Assembly: GCA_002327785.1 (NCBI GenBank)
Contig: DCUI01000269.1
Span: 7,095-71,094, forward strand
DNA: 64,000 nt
Direction: 5' to 3'
DNA from: Phycisphaerales bacterium UBA2218
GTDB taxonomy: Bacteria > Planctomycetota > Phycisphaerae > Sedimentisphaerales > Anaerobacaceae
Shown here: piece after piece, positions 18,873 to 29,280 of the stretch
Position numbering within the stretch: position 1 is the stretch's first letter
Layout: each line of letters begins with the position of its first letter
The notes under the pieces: generated by a model
Seen by the model: only the letters and a program-made list of their open reading frames with translations
Told to the model about the DNA's origin: nothing
The model's database searches: none
Position numbers and translations under genes: made by a program

Positions 18873-20852
18873 ATGGCACCAGAGAAAGCGATTAGCTCGC
18901 TAATGACCGAGACGCGGACGTTTGCGCCGCCTGAGCACGTCCGCAAGCATGCTCATGTATCCAGCGTGGAGCAATATCAGAAGATGTGGGATCGGTCGAT
19001 CAATGATCCCGACGGATTCTGGCTCGAGCAGGCCAAGACCCTGACTTGGTTCAGACAGCCAACCGAGAGTCTGCGGTACACCTGGGACACCGCCGCTCGC
19101 AAGATCGAGCATACCTGGTTTGCCGACGGGCAGATCAACGTCTCCTACAACTGTCTGGACCGCCACCTCGGCACGCCGGTCGCCAAGAAGACAGCGCTGA
19201 TCTGGCAGGGGGAGATCGATTCGGCCGTCAGGAAGTACACCTACGAGCAACTGCACAAGGAAGTCTGCAAGTTCGCCAACGTCCTGAAGTCCAAGGGAAT
19301 CCGCAAGGGTGACCGCGTGGCGATTTATATGCCCATGGTCCCCGAGCTTCCGATCGCGATGCTCGCCTGCACCCGCATCGGGGCGATCCACTCCATCATC
19401 TTCGGCGGCTTCAGCGCCGATGCAATCGAGGGCCGCGTCAACGACTCCGACTGCAAGATGCTGATCACCGCCAACGTTTCGCTCCGCGGCGGCAAGCACA
19501 TCCCGCTCAAGGCCATTGCCGACGAAGCCTTGAAGAAGACCCCCACGATCGAGAGCGTGATCGTGATCAAGGCGGCGGATGATCCGTGCAACATGCAACC
19601 GGGCCGCGACACCTGGTACGAGGACGAGATGGCCAAGGCCAGCGACAAATGCGAGGCCGAGAAGATAAACGCCGAGGACCCGCTGTTCATCCTCTACACC
19701 TCCGGCTCCACCGGCAAGCCCAAGGGCGTCGTCCATACGACCGCCGGCTATCTGCTGCACGTCGCCCTCAGCCACAAGGTCATCTTCGATATCCATGATG
19801 ACGACGTGTACTGGTGCACGGCCGACATCGGCTGGGTGACCGGACATAGCTACATCGTCTATGGCCCTCTGGCCAACGGGGCCACCAGCCTGATGTTCGA
19901 AGGCATCCCCACGTATCCGGACGCCGGCCGCTTCTGGCAGGTCTGCGATAAGTTCGGTGTAACGGTCTTCTACACGGCGCCCACGGCAATTCGCTCGCTC
20001 ATGCGCCTGGGCGAGGAATGGCCCGCCAAGTACAAGCTCGATACGATGCGGGTCCTGGGTACGGTCGGCGAGCCGATCAACCCGGAGGCTTGGATGTGGT
20101 ACCACAAGAACATCGGCCACGAGCGGTGTCCGATCGTCGATACCTGGTGGCAGACGGAAACCGGCGGCATCCTGATCACGCCGCTGCCGGGCGCCTTCAC
20201 ACTCAAGCCGGGCAGCGCCACTAAGCCGTTCTTCGGCGTCGATCCGGTCATCCTGCGGGATGATGCCAGCGAGTGTGGCCCCAACGAGGGCGGCAAGCTC
20301 TGCATCCGCAAGCCCTGGCCGGGCATGATGCGAACCATGTGGGGCGACCACGACCGTTTCATCGACACCTACTTCACGATGTTCCCGGATCAGTATTTCA
20401 CGGGCGACGGCTGCCGCGTCGATCAAGACGGCGATTACTGGCTGATGGGCCGAATCGACGACGTGGTCAACGTCTCCGGCCACCGCATCGGCACCGCCGA
20501 GGTCGAGAGCGCCTTGGTCAGCCATGCCAAGGTTGCCGAGGCCGCCGTAACGCCTATGCCGCACGAAATCAAGGGACAGGCCCTGTATGCCTTCGTCACC
20601 CTCAAGGAGGGCATCCACGAGAGCGACGACCTCAAGAAAGAGCTCGTCATGCACGTCCGCAAGGAGATCGGGCCGATCGCGGCGCCCGACGTGATCCAGT
20701 TCGCGCCGGCGCTGCCGAAGACCCGTTCCGGCAAAATCATGCGACGCATCCTCCGCAAGATCGCCGAGAACAGCACCGACAACCTCGGCGACATCACTAC
20801 CCTGGCCGATCCACACGTTGTCGAAGTCCTGGTCAAGGGCCGGGGGAAATAG
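18873..20852 (+). CDS. acs: Acetyl-CoA synthetase (AMP-forming acetate-CoA ligase)
   Basis: Full-length Acs signature: [58 protein letters not shown] upstream. Confidence 0.95.
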   Translation: MAPEKAISSLMTETRTFAPPEHVRKHAHVSSVEQYQKMWDRSINDPDGFWLEQAKTLTWFRQPTESLRYTWDTAARKIEHTWFADGQINVSYNCLDRHLGTPVAKKTALIWQGEIDSAVRKYTYEQLHKEVCKFANVLKSKGIRKGDRVAIYMPMVPELPIAMLACTRIGAIHSIIFGGFSADAIEGRVNDSDCKMLITANVSLRGGKHIPLKAIADEALKKTPTIESVIVIKAADDPCNMQPGRDTWYEDEMAKASDKCEAEKINAEDPLFILYTSGSTGKPKGVVHTTAGYLLHVALSHKVIFDIHDDDVYWCTADIGWVTGHSYIVYGPLANGATSLMFEGIPTYPDAGRFWQVCDKFGVTVFYTAPTAIRSLMRLGEEWPAKYKLDTMRVLGTVGEPINPEAWMWYHKNIGHERCPIVDTWWQTETGGILITPLPGAFTLKPGSATKPFFGVDPVILRDDASECGPNEGGKLCIRKPWPGMMRTMWGDHDRFIDTYFTMFPDQYFTGDGCRVDQDGDYWLMGRIDDVVNVSGHRIGTAEVESALVSHAKVAEAAVTPMPHEIKGQALYAFVTLKEGIHESDDLKKELVMHVRKEIGPIAAPDVIQFAPALPKTRSGKIMRRILRKIAENSTDNLGDITTLADPHVVEVLVKGRGK

Positions 20853-20924
20853 CCTCTCTCATCCGGTAATTCAGCCGGGTGCACGGCCTATCGTGCATCT
20901 GGCTTTCTTTCAGAAGGAGAAATC

Positions 20925-22235
20925 ATGCCCGAAGGAAAAGTCATGAACCGCTGGCTTGTCGTGGTTGGCGGAATCCTCGTGCAGCTTTGCCTTGGGGCAA
21001 TCTACGCGTGGTCCGCGTTCACCACGAAGCTCACGGCCGAACCCTATGGTTTCACCAAACCCCAGACGCAAATCATCTTCTCTCTCGGCCTGGCCACATT
21101 CGCCGTCGTCATGGCTTTGGCTGCCGGCCAGTGGCAGAAGAAGGCGGGACCGCGACGGGTTGCCATCGTGGGCGGAATCGTCCTGGGCCTGGGATACATC
21201 ATTGCGGGTCTCTCGGGGACCAGTTTCTCCGGCATTCTGATCGGCGTCGGGCTCCTCGGCGGCGCCGGAATTGGGTTGGGCTATGTCTGCCCCATCGCAG
21301 CCCTGGTCAAGTGGTTCCCGGACAAGAAGGGAATGATCACCGGCCTGGCAGTCGCAGGATTCGGATTCGGAGCGCTGATCTGGGTGAAGCTAACGGGCGG
21401 ATTCAAGTTCGGACCGGTTGACCTGACGCCTGGGTGGACGGGCCTGTTCGGCATGGGCTGGACTCCAAACCAAGTCTTCATGCTGTACGGCGCGATATTC
21501 GCGGTCGTCGTGACGCTTGGCTCGATTGTACTGGTGAATCCTCCCGAAGGTTGGCTGCCGGCCGGCTGGACGCCCCCGGCGACCGGCGCCGCCAGCAGCG
21601 GCGGAGCGAGTTTTAGCGTGGGCCAGATGGTCAGGACCGTTCAATACTGGATCCTGTTCCTTACGTTCACCGTCGGCGCGATGGCGGGGTTGATGGTGAT
21701 CGGCGTGATCGCGCTGTTCGGTGCGGATGCTCTCAAGGCGAATGGCATCGAAGGTGCGAAAGCTACGGTCATTACCGGCACAGCCATGGGGCTGTTCCTC
21801 GCCCTCTTGAACGCCTTGGGACGCATCATCTGGGGAACCATCTCCGATAAGCTCGGCCGTAAGAACTCGATCGTCCTGATGAGTGCGCTGCAGGGCGTGA
21901 CCATGATCGCCTTCTACTTCGTTGCGGGCCACGAATGGGGACTGTATCTGGCCGCCGCCATGGTCGGCTTCAACTTCGGGGGCAACTTCGCCCTGTTCCC
22001 GGCGGCAACCGCCGATCTCTTCGGCAATAAAACTGTCGGGGTGAACTACCCCTACGTCTTCCTCGCCTACGGCGTCGGCGGGATAGCCGGCCCATACCTG
22101 GGCGGTGCCATGGGCGCGCAGCAGGCGTGGTTCTGGGCCTTCATCCCTGCCGGCATCGCGTGTCTGGTTCTCGCGGGCGTCTCAACGCAGTTGAAACCCG
22201 TGACGGGCGAACCGGCCGTTGCACCAAACCTTTGA
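20925..22235 (+). CDS. MFS transporter, oxalate/formate antiporter (OFA)-like family
   Basis: 12 hydrophobic segments. N-terminal RWLVVVGGILVQLCLGAIYAWSAF is typical of OFA-type MFS. AAGGAG RBS. Confidence 0.75.
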   Translation: MPEGKVMNRWLVVVGGILVQLCLGAIYAWSAFTTKLTAEPYGFTKPQTQIIFSLGLATFAVVMALAAGQWQKKAGPRRVAIVGGIVLGLGYIIAGLSGTSFSGILIGVGLLGGAGIGLGYVCPIAALVKWFPDKKGMITGLAVAGFGFGALIWVKLTGGFKFGPVDLTPGWTGLFGMGWTPNQVFMLYGAIFAVVVTLGSIVLVNPPEGWLPAGWTPPATGAASSGGASFSVGQMVRTVQYWILFLTFTVGAMAGLMVIGVIALFGADALKANGIEGAKATVITGTAMGLFLALLNALGRIIWGTISDKLGRKNSIVLMSALQGVTMIAFYFVAGHEWGLYLAAAMVGFNFGGNFALFPAATADLFGNKTVGVNYPYVFLAYGVGGIAGPYLGGAMGAQQAWFWAFIPAGIACLVLAGVSTQLKPVTGEPAVAPNL

Positions 22236-22288
22236 CCGCCAAGCCATCGGCGGCTTGAGCGGACTGCCAGAACGTACACTCACATTGA

Positions 22289-22332
22289 AGACAGCGTATG
22301 GAACCGACTGTTCTGTACGCTGTCTGTGTTTT
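22289..22332 (+). terminator. Intrinsic terminator after the MFS gene
   Basis: 10-bp perfect stem AGACAGCGTA / TACGCTGTCT, followed by GTGTTTT. Confidence 0.55.
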
Positions 22333-22340
22333 GGCGGCCT

Positions 22341-23477
22341 TTACAGGCCGTGGATCGGGAAGACTCTCGCTCTGATCGTCTCAATAGACGCCTGCAGGGC
22401 CGGCAGGACCATTTCTCGCTGCTGATTGGTCACCGGCAACTCACGGTCGCGGAATCCCCCCTGCCAGTCCATGCTTTGGAGCATAATCCCGCCGATGGCG
22501 GCGTCCATACCCTCCGCCAAGTCCTGGCCCGAGAAAATCGTCCAAGCCAGCGCCCACGCGCGTACGGTGTTTTCCAGATGGTATCCGCCCCCCCCGGTCG
22601 CCAGGATTGGCTTGTTCAGCCGCAACAGATGGTTGATGACCTCGACATAGACGTTGTTCGTCAGTTGCAGATGGGCCAACGGGTCGCCGGCAAGGGTGTC
22701 GGCGCCGAGTTCAAAGACGATCACATCGGGATTGTATGCTCCGATCAGGGGCGGAACAACTGCCTCGAACGCATGGAGGTACGCCTGGTCGAAAGTCCCG
22801 ACCGGCAGCGGGAGATTCACGCAGTAGCCCCGGCCCGGCCCCTCGCCGATTTCCTCTTCGAAACCGGTCCCGGGAAACAGCGTCTTGGGGTTCTCGTGAA
22901 GCGAGATCGTCATCACATCGGAGCGGTTGTAGAAACCGAAGGCCACTCCATCGCCGTTGTGCACATCCACATCGAGATAGAGGACTCGCTTGCCCGCCTC
23001 GGCCAGAACCGCACAGGCCAGGGCATTATCGTTGATATAGCAGAATCCCGCCGCTTTCTCCGGGAAGGCGTGATGGTAGCCGCCGGACGGGTTGAACACA
23101 ATGTCCGCCTCGCCGGAAAGGATCATCTCGGCGCCGACGAGCGTCCCCCCGGCCGCGAGCACGGCATAATCGTACATCCCTTTGAAAATCGGGCAGTCGG
23201 GCGTTCCGATACCCATCTGCAGCGCGTCCAACTCCCATTTGCCGTCCTGGGCGCTCCTGAGAGCGTGGAGGTACCGAGCCGAATGAAACTTCTTCAGGAC
23301 CGGTCGTGGTGCAGGCGCCGGGGGCACCTCACGGGTAGTCTCACCCCAGAGCAACCCCATGGTGTACAGGGTCCGCCGGGTGCGGCCGGCTCGTTCCGTC
23401 TTGAATGGGCAGTCTTCGGGGTAGCGGTATTTCTCGATCTCTTCCGAGTGAACAAATACGGCCCTTCTCGCGGACAA
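22341..23477 (-). CDS. Histone deacetylase-family (AcuC/class I-II HDAC-like) deacetylase
   Basis: SGGYHHAFPEKAAGFCYINDNALA, LYLDVDVHNGDGV, GGGGY motifs. The first 22 codons of the track ORF are encoded by the REP-like hairpins. TTG 23477 with GAGG 5 nt upstream is my preferred start, but it is uncertain. Confidence 0.8.
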   Translation of the reverse strand: MSARRAVFVHSEEIEKYRYPEDCPFKTERAGRTRRTLYTMGLLWGETTREVPPAPAPRPVLKKFHSARYLHALRSAQDGKWELDALQMGIGTPDCPIFKGMYDYAVLAAGGTLVGAEMILSGEADIVFNPSGGYHHAFPEKAAGFCYINDNALACAVLAEAGKRVLYLDVDVHNGDGVAFGFYNRSDVMTISLHENPKTLFPGTGFEEEIGEGPGRGYCVNLPLPVGTFDQAYLHAFEAVVPPLIGAYNPDVIVFELGADTLAGDPLAHLQLTNNVYVEVINHLLRLNKPILATGGGGYHLENTVRAWALAWTIFSGQDLAEGMDAAIGGIMLQSMDWQGGFRDRELPVTNQQREMVLPALQASIETIRARVFPIHGL

Positions 23478-23502
23478 CGTCGCCTCGATTCTGAACACGT
23501 AG

Positions 23503-23544
23503 CATGGGCTTGCAGCCCATGAAGACACGGCCCAAATGGCCATG
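23503..23544 (-). repeat. REP-like double hairpin, copy 3 (minus orientation)
   Basis: The minus strand reads CATGGCCATTTGGGCCGTG-TCTT-CATGGGCTGCAAGCCCATG. It is collinear with copy 2 and starts 1 nt after the stop of the upstream gene. Confidence 0.65.
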
Positions 23545-25416
23545 CTACTCGTCTTTCTTGGTTATATCGTAGGAGATGTTGTAGACGTCGCCGTCGAATT
23601 CGACATTGACCCGATACCCTGAGTTCTGGAAAACCGCCAGCATCGCGCGGTTTTCGGCCATCACCTTCGCGTAGAATCGCTTCACGCCCCGTTGCCGGGC
23701 CACCTGCGTGATGTAGTCGAGCAGGAACGTGCCCATGCCCTTGGCCTGCCACTCGTCCTGGACAAGGAAGGCCACTTCGGCCGCCAGAGTTTTAGGATCG
23801 AGGTAGTACTGGGCGATGGCCACGATGTCTTCGCCGCCAGGCCCGGGAACCACGCCCACAATCGCCAGGTCGTGCCGGTAGTCGATGTTCGTCAGTTGCT
23901 GCACGTCCTTGTGAGGAAACGCCATCGTCTGCGTCATGTAGCGGGTGCGCACCGACTGCTCGCTCAGGGAATACAGCATTTCGGACAACGCCGGCTCATC
24001 CACCGGCTTGATCGGCCTGAAGAAGATCTCCGTCCCGTCGCGCAGTGTGGCGTAGTGCTCGAGTTCCTCGGGGTAGTTCACCTGGTCCCATGACAGCTCG
24101 ATCTGGTCCTGATAGATGTAGTTCCTGGCTTTGGCGGCCTGCATCAGCCCCTTGCGAAACTTCGGATGAGCGATGTTGATCAGGTCGAGGACGCGCTGGC
24201 GAATGCTCTTGCCGTGCAGATAGGCCGTGCCGTACTCGGTCACGACATAGTGGACATCGCCTCGCGTGGTCACAACGCCCGCCCCCTCGGTCAGGTGCGG
24301 AACGATTCTGGACACCTGCCCATCCCTCGCCGTGGAAGGCATCGCAATTATGGCTTTGCCTCCCCTGCTCCTCGCGGCCCCGCGATTGAAGTCCACCTGG
24401 CCCCCAATGCCGCTGTAGAACTTGTACCCGAGCGAGTCCGCACAAACCTGGCCCGTCAGGTCGATCTCCAGACCGACGTTGATCGCAACCATCTTGTCGT
24501 GCTGCGCGACGATGTTCATATCGTTGACGTATTCCGTGGGGTAGAACTCGAAGAACGGGTTATTGTTGATGTAGTCGTAAAGCTTCTGCGTGCCCATGCA
24601 GAAGCTCGCGACGACCTTGCCGCGATTGAGCGATTTCTTAGCGCACGTGATTGCGCCGCAGTCGATCAGGTCGATGATCCAGTCGCTGAACATCTCCGTG
24701 TGGATGCCCAGGTCCTTTTTGTAGACGAGGTACTCCGCCAACGCCTGGGGAATCCGCCCGATCCCGCACTCGATCGTGCTGCCATCCTCGACGAGGTGGG
24801 CGAGATTCTGGCCGATCCGGCGCAGCGTCTCATCGGGCTCGGGGATCGGGATCTCGATCATGGGCTCGTCGTGCGGCACAAGCACATCGATCGTATTGAC
24901 ATGCAGGAAGCTGTTGCCGTGCGTACGCGGCATGTGGCTGTTGACCTGTGCAATCACGTAGCGGGCATTCGCCGCAGCGGCCTGGACGATATCCACCGAC
25001 ACCCCCAGGCTGCACAAGCCGTTGACGTCCGGCGGCGTCACCGAGATCAGCGCCACATCGACCGGGATGCGCCCCGTCTCGAATTCCATCGGAATCTCGG
25101 ACAGGAAAATCGGCGTGTAATCCCCGATCCCCTTCTCCAGGGCGTCGCGCACGTTCTCCGCGATGAAGAAGCTGTTCATCTTGAATTTCTCGCGGTATTT
25201 CTCGTGGATGTAGGGCGCCTCGCCCATCGTCAGCAGGTGCACAATGTAGGCGTCGTAAATGTGGTCAGAGTACTCCACCAAGGCTTCGACAAGGTGCTGC
25301 GGCTGACCACAGCCGGTCCCGATAAAGATGCTGTGGCCCGATTTGATGAGCTTCATGGCCGCCGCGGCGGTCTTGATCTTGTCTTTGTACTTCAGTTTCC
25401 AGTCGAATTCTTGCAT
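23545..25416 (-). CDS. Acetyl-CoA hydrolase/CoA-transferase domain fused to a C-terminal Pat-type GNAT acetyltransferase
   Basis: The N-terminal ~440 aa resemble the 4-hydroxybutyrate CoA-transferase/acetyl-CoA hydrolase family (IGTGCGQP..., GIHTEMFSD, GIGGQVDF). The C-terminal ~180 aa (IFFRPIKPVDEPALSEM...AFLVQDEWQAKGMGTFLL...ENRAMLAVFQNSGY) resemble the GNAT of Pat/YfiQ-type protein acetyltransferases. Confidence 0.7.
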   Translation of the reverse strand: MQEFDWKLKYKDKIKTAAAAMKLIKSGHSIFIGTGCGQPQHLVEALVEYSDHIYDAYIVHLLTMGEAPYIHEKYREKFKMNSFFIAENVRDALEKGIGDYTPIFLSEIPMEFETGRIPVDVALISVTPPDVNGLCSLGVSVDIVQAAAANARYVIAQVNSHMPRTHGNSFLHVNTIDVLVPHDEPMIEIPIPEPDETLRRIGQNLAHLVEDGSTIECGIGRIPQALAEYLVYKKDLGIHTEMFSDWIIDLIDCGAITCAKKSLNRGKVVASFCMGTQKLYDYINNNPFFEFYPTEYVNDMNIVAQHDKMVAINVGLEIDLTGQVCADSLGYKFYSGIGGQVDFNRGAARSRGGKAIIAMPSTARDGQVSRIVPHLTEGAGVVTTRGDVHYVVTEYGTAYLHGKSIRQRVLDLINIAHPKFRKGLMQAAKARNYIYQDQIELSWDQVNYPEELEHYATLRDGTEIFFRPIKPVDEPALSEMLYSLSEQSVRTRYMTQTMAFPHKDVQQLTNIDYRHDLAIVGVVPGPGGEDIVAIAQYYLDPKTLAAEVAFLVQDEWQAKGMGTFLLDYITQVARQRGVKRFYAKVMAENRAMLAVFQNSGYRVNVEFDGDVYNISYDITKKDE

Positions 25417-25417
25417 G

Positions 25418-27520
25418 TCATTTCTTCTCTAAGCTGATGCGGGCGTCCACGGCAATCGAGGTCGTGCCGGGCGCGCCTACGACGTACGGGTTGATATCCA
25501 TTTCTTTGATCTCAGGGAATTCCGTCACCAATTGGGAGACCCTTTGAAGTCCCTCGGCAATCGCCTCCAGATCCACACCCTCCTGGCCTCGCACCCCTTT
25601 CAGGATATGATATGTTTTCGTGTTCACGAGCATCTGCTTGGCCTCCTCGGCAGTCAGAGGCGCCAAGTAGAAGGAAACGTCTTTGAGGACTTCAACCAGG
25701 ATGCCGCCCATGCCGAACATCATGAGCGGGCCGAAGTGCGGGTCCCGATGCATCCCGATGATCACTTCCTTGCCGCTGGTGCGAACCATTTCCTGCACGA
25801 GCACGCCGAGGATGTGGGCATCGGGCTTCTTCTTGGGAATGCGGTACATCATCAGATCGAAGGCATCCTTCACCTCCTGCTCGCTCCTGAGGCCCACCTT
25901 CACACCGCCGACGTCGGACTTGTGCAGGATGTCGGGCGACCAGATCTTCAACACGACCGGATAGCCGAGTTGCTGGGCGATATTCGCCGCCTGGTCGGCC
26001 GTCGTTGCGATCGATCCCCGTGGAGTGGCGAAGCCGTACGCCTCGATAATGTCTTTGGCCTCGGCCTCACCGATGTCGAGCAATCCTTGCCGCAGGTGTC
26101 TCTCCACAATGCTCTCGACCCTTCGGCGGTTAACGGAGAACAGCCGGACCACTCGCTTGGGCCGGCCCCGCCATCGCACATACTCCGACATCACGTAGAG
26201 CGTCGCCACGGCGCTCTCCGGGCAGTCATATTGCGGAATTCCGCCCTTTCGCAGGACCTCGATGCCCGGTTCCACCTTGGCCGCACCGAGGAAGCAAGCC
26301 AGAACGGGCTTGCCCTTCTTCTTGGCGATCTTCACGAGGGCCTCAGCCGTCTCTTTGCTCTGCGTCATTGCCTGAGGCGTCAACAATACGATCGCGCTAT
26401 CGACATTTGGATCGTCCAGGACAATGTCGATCGCGAACTCGTACCGGTCGGCCAGCGCATCGCCGAGCACGTCCACCGGGTTGTGGACGTTCGCGGCAGC
26501 GGGCAGTTTCTCGGCCAACTTCTTCTTCGTCTCCTCGGAGAGCTTGGCAAAGGTCAGGCCCTTCTGCTCGATGGCGTCGGCCGCCATGATGCCGGGACCC
26601 CCTGCGTTGGTGATCACCGCCACTTTGGGCCCTTTGGGCAGCGGCTGGTTCGCGAATGCCTGGGCGAAATCGAACTGCTCCTTGATCGAATCGCAGCGAA
26701 TGACACCCGCCCGGCTGAATGCCGATTCGTAGGCCACCTCGCCGCCGGCCAGACTGCCGGTGTGCGAGGAGGCGGCCTTTGCCCCGGCTTCCGTCCCGCC
26801 GGATTTCATCAGGAGAATCGGCTTCTTGTTGGAGATCTGCTCCGCTTCTCGCACAAACGCGTTGCCGTCCTTGATATTCTCCAAATAGCCCGCAATGACC
26901 TTGGTTTCCCGCTGCGCGCCGAACGCCTCAATCAGGTCCAGCTCGTCAATATCCGCCTTGTTGCCGATGCTAACCAGGCTGCTGAACCCGATGCCGTTCG
27001 CATTGGCGGTGTCCAGGATCGCCGCCAACAAGGCGCCGGACTGCGAGATGTAGGCAATCCCGCCCGGAACCGGCAGGTCGCCGCCAAAGCTGGCATTGAG
27101 TTTATGGGACGGCGAGATAAGACCGAGGCAGTTGGGACCCACAAACCGAATCCCCGCCCGCCGGGCGATTCGCACGATCTCCTCCTCGAGTTTCTTTCCC
27201 TCGGGGCCCACTTCCTTGAAGCCGGCCGTGATGATGACGACCGATTTGGCCTTCACCTTCGCACACTCCTCCAAGACGCCCGCGACAAGCTGAGCCGGTA
27301 TGATAACGATCACCAAATCCGGCGTCTCACCAATCGAAACAAGGTCCGGATAGACCTTCAGACCATCAATCTCATCGGCTTTGGGGTTGATGGGGTAGAT
27401 TTTTCCCGGGTAGCCGCCCGCGACCAGATTGACCAGAATCTCGTACCCCACCTTGCCCTTCTGGCGGGAGGCCCCGATGATCGCGACCGACTTCGGGTTG
27501 AAAAACGTCTGAAGACTCAT
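25418..27520 (-). CDS. ADP-forming acyl/acetyl-CoA synthetase (fused alpha-beta; CoA-binding + ligase-CoA + ATP-grasp)
   Basis: FFNPKSVAIIGASRQKGKVGY (CoA-binding), GPNCLG, SQSGAL, then a C-terminal ATP-grasp (GYPVVLKIWSPDILHKSDVGGV). Confidence 0.8.
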   Translation of the reverse strand: MSLQTFFNPKSVAIIGASRQKGKVGYEILVNLVAGGYPGKIYPINPKADEIDGLKVYPDLVSIGETPDLVIVIIPAQLVAGVLEECAKVKAKSVVIITAGFKEVGPEGKKLEEEIVRIARRAGIRFVGPNCLGLISPSHKLNASFGGDLPVPGGIAYISQSGALLAAILDTANANGIGFSSLVSIGNKADIDELDLIEAFGAQRETKVIAGYLENIKDGNAFVREAEQISNKKPILLMKSGGTEAGAKAASSHTGSLAGGEVAYESAFSRAGVIRCDSIKEQFDFAQAFANQPLPKGPKVAVITNAGGPGIMAADAIEQKGLTFAKLSEETKKKLAEKLPAAANVHNPVDVLGDALADRYEFAIDIVLDDPNVDSAIVLLTPQAMTQSKETAEALVKIAKKKGKPVLACFLGAAKVEPGIEVLRKGGIPQYDCPESAVATLYVMSEYVRWRGRPKRVVRLFSVNRRRVESIVERHLRQGLLDIGEAEAKDIIEAYGFATPRGSIATTADQAANIAQQLGYPVVLKIWSPDILHKSDVGGVKVGLRSEQEVKDAFDLMMYRIPKKKPDAHILGVLVQEMVRTSGKEVIIGMHRDPHFGPLMMFGMGGILVEVLKDVSFYLAPLTAEEAKQMLVNTKTYHILKGVRGQEGVDLEAIAEGLQRVSQLVTEFPEIKEMDINPYVVGAPGTTSIAVDARISLEKK

Positions 27521-27915
27521 GCCGTTGTTTATCCTTTCTTAAGCAGGGCCGCTCGGAAAAGTCGCCGATTCTATTGATTGCGACAACCGACTGCAAGACT
27601 TTTTCACAGAGGGCGGCCGGGCGCCGACACAGAGCACTCCCAGCCAGAACTCCCGTCCAATACGTTGCGGGGGACATACCTGGGCGACATTCTACCCATC
27701 TACGCCTGCGAGATTCAAAGGAAAAAAACACTTCCTTCGGTTCCTCACATCCCTCACCCAGGACACCGGCCATGTGGATTGGGGCGGCATAGGTCATTCC
27801 ACGGTTGCTCCGGAGGCCCAGATTTGTTAAAATAGCGTAGAAATACTCGGCTCGCTTGGCGGCGCCATCAACAGCGGCACCGTCGCTGGGGCAATGATCG
27901 GCGGAATACTTTGAG

Positions 27916-29154
27916 ATGCAGAACACGCGAAATCTGAGAACCCGACTCATATCGATCGTCATCCTGTGGGCTCTATGCGCCGCGGCGCACGCGGACTGTC
28001 TGCCCGGCGATCTGAACCGCGATTGCCGAGTCGATGCGGCGGATCTGCTCCTGTTCACCCAGCAGTGGCTAACCCAACTGCAAACCCAGGCTGACCTCAA
28101 TCGCTCGGGAGGGGTGGACTGTCGGGACCTGGCCGTGTTTTCAGACTACTGGCAACAGACCGGCTGCCCCATCGTGATCAACGAAATCCTCGCCCATGCG
28201 CATGCGGAAGCCTCCGACTGGATTGAACTGTATAACCCCAGCAACGTTCCCATCAACATCGGCGGCTGGTTCCTCAGCGACACGGCGAGCGATCTTCTAC
28301 GCTATGAAATCCCCGCCGGGACGATCGTCGATCCATGCGGATACGTCGTCCTCTACGAAGCGACCCATTTCGCCAATCCCTTCGATCCCGGCACGCAAAC
28401 CCCATTCGCCTTCAGCGAGAATGGCGAGGCCGCCTACCTGTACTCGGCCGACGACCCCGTCTTCCCCGATTACCTGGTGACGGAGCCGTTCGGGGCATCG
28501 GAGACCAGCTACTCATTCGGCCGATACCTCACAAGCACCGGGACCTACCGCTTCGTCACAGTACGCGAGGCGACTCCCGGCCGGGCCAACGCGTACCCAC
28601 TCGTCGGGCCGGTCGTGATCGACGAGATCATGTACCATCCGGCGGCGGACGGTGATGCAGAATACGTCGAACTGCAGAACATCAGCGGCGGGCCTGTTGC
28701 CCTCTTTGATTTCGCTTCCGGGGAGCCCTGGCGGGTGATGGATGACTCGGGGATCGACTTCCGCTTTCCGACCGATGCGCCCGTGACAATCGAGCCCGGC
28801 GAGCACGTTCTCCTGGTGAGGGATCTCGCGGCCGTTCAGCAATGCTACAGTGTGCCTGCCGGCGCTAAGGTGTTCGATTGGGGTTCCGGCAGGCTCGCCA
28901 ACCAGGGGGAAAGACTCCAATTGCTCAAGCCGGGCGACGTGGACGACAGAGGGGTCCGCTATTGGATCGAAGTAGATCAGGTCAACTACAGCGATGGCTC
29001 GCACGGGGACGGATTCCCCGGCGACATCGATCCGTGGCCCGCTGCAGCGGATGGAGAAGGCCCTTCTTTGAACCGCCTGTTCCCATCCCGGTACGGCAAT
29101 GACCCGAACAACTGGCACGCGACCATCCCCACGCCCGGATCGGTCAACGACTGA
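27916..29154 (+). CDS. Secreted protein with dockerin-like repeats and two lamin-tail domains
   Basis: Signal peptide. GDLNRDCRVDAADLLLF / DLNRSGGVDCRDLAVF (dockerin-like). INEILAH..WIELYNP and IDEIMYHP..YVELQN (LTD). Confidence 0.75.
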   Translation: MQNTRNLRTRLISIVILWALCAAAHADCLPGDLNRDCRVDAADLLLFTQQWLTQLQTQADLNRSGGVDCRDLAVFSDYWQQTGCPIVINEILAHAHAEASDWIELYNPSNVPINIGGWFLSDTASDLLRYEIPAGTIVDPCGYVVLYEATHFANPFDPGTQTPFAFSENGEAAYLYSADDPVFPDYLVTEPFGASETSYSFGRYLTSTGTYRFVTVREATPGRANAYPLVGPVVIDEIMYHPAADGDAEYVELQNISGGPVALFDFASGEPWRVMDDSGIDFRFPTDAPVTIEPGEHVLLVRDLAAVQQCYSVPAGAKVFDWGSGRLANQGERLQLLKPGDVDDRGVRYWIEVDQVNYSDGSHGDGFPGDIDPWPAAADGEGPSLNRLFPSRYGNDPNNWHATIPTPGSVND

Positions 29155-29280
29155 GCCTTCCAAGTTCGAAGTGTCAAGTTGGGTGTTCGAAGCGGTTGAG
29201 TGAGCGCTTGACACTTGAGACTTCATGCTTGAAACTATCTGCGTCAGGACCTCGACCGCCGTCTATTTGGGAGTCGAATC

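Noticed and set aside
29171-29184. 14-nt identity GTGTCAAGTTGGGT between 29171-29184 (plus) and 9564-9577 (minus), both next to LTD-protein genes.
   Set aside because: Exact 14-mer matches are expected by chance many times in a 64-kb window searched on both strands. No extended similarity surrounds the match.
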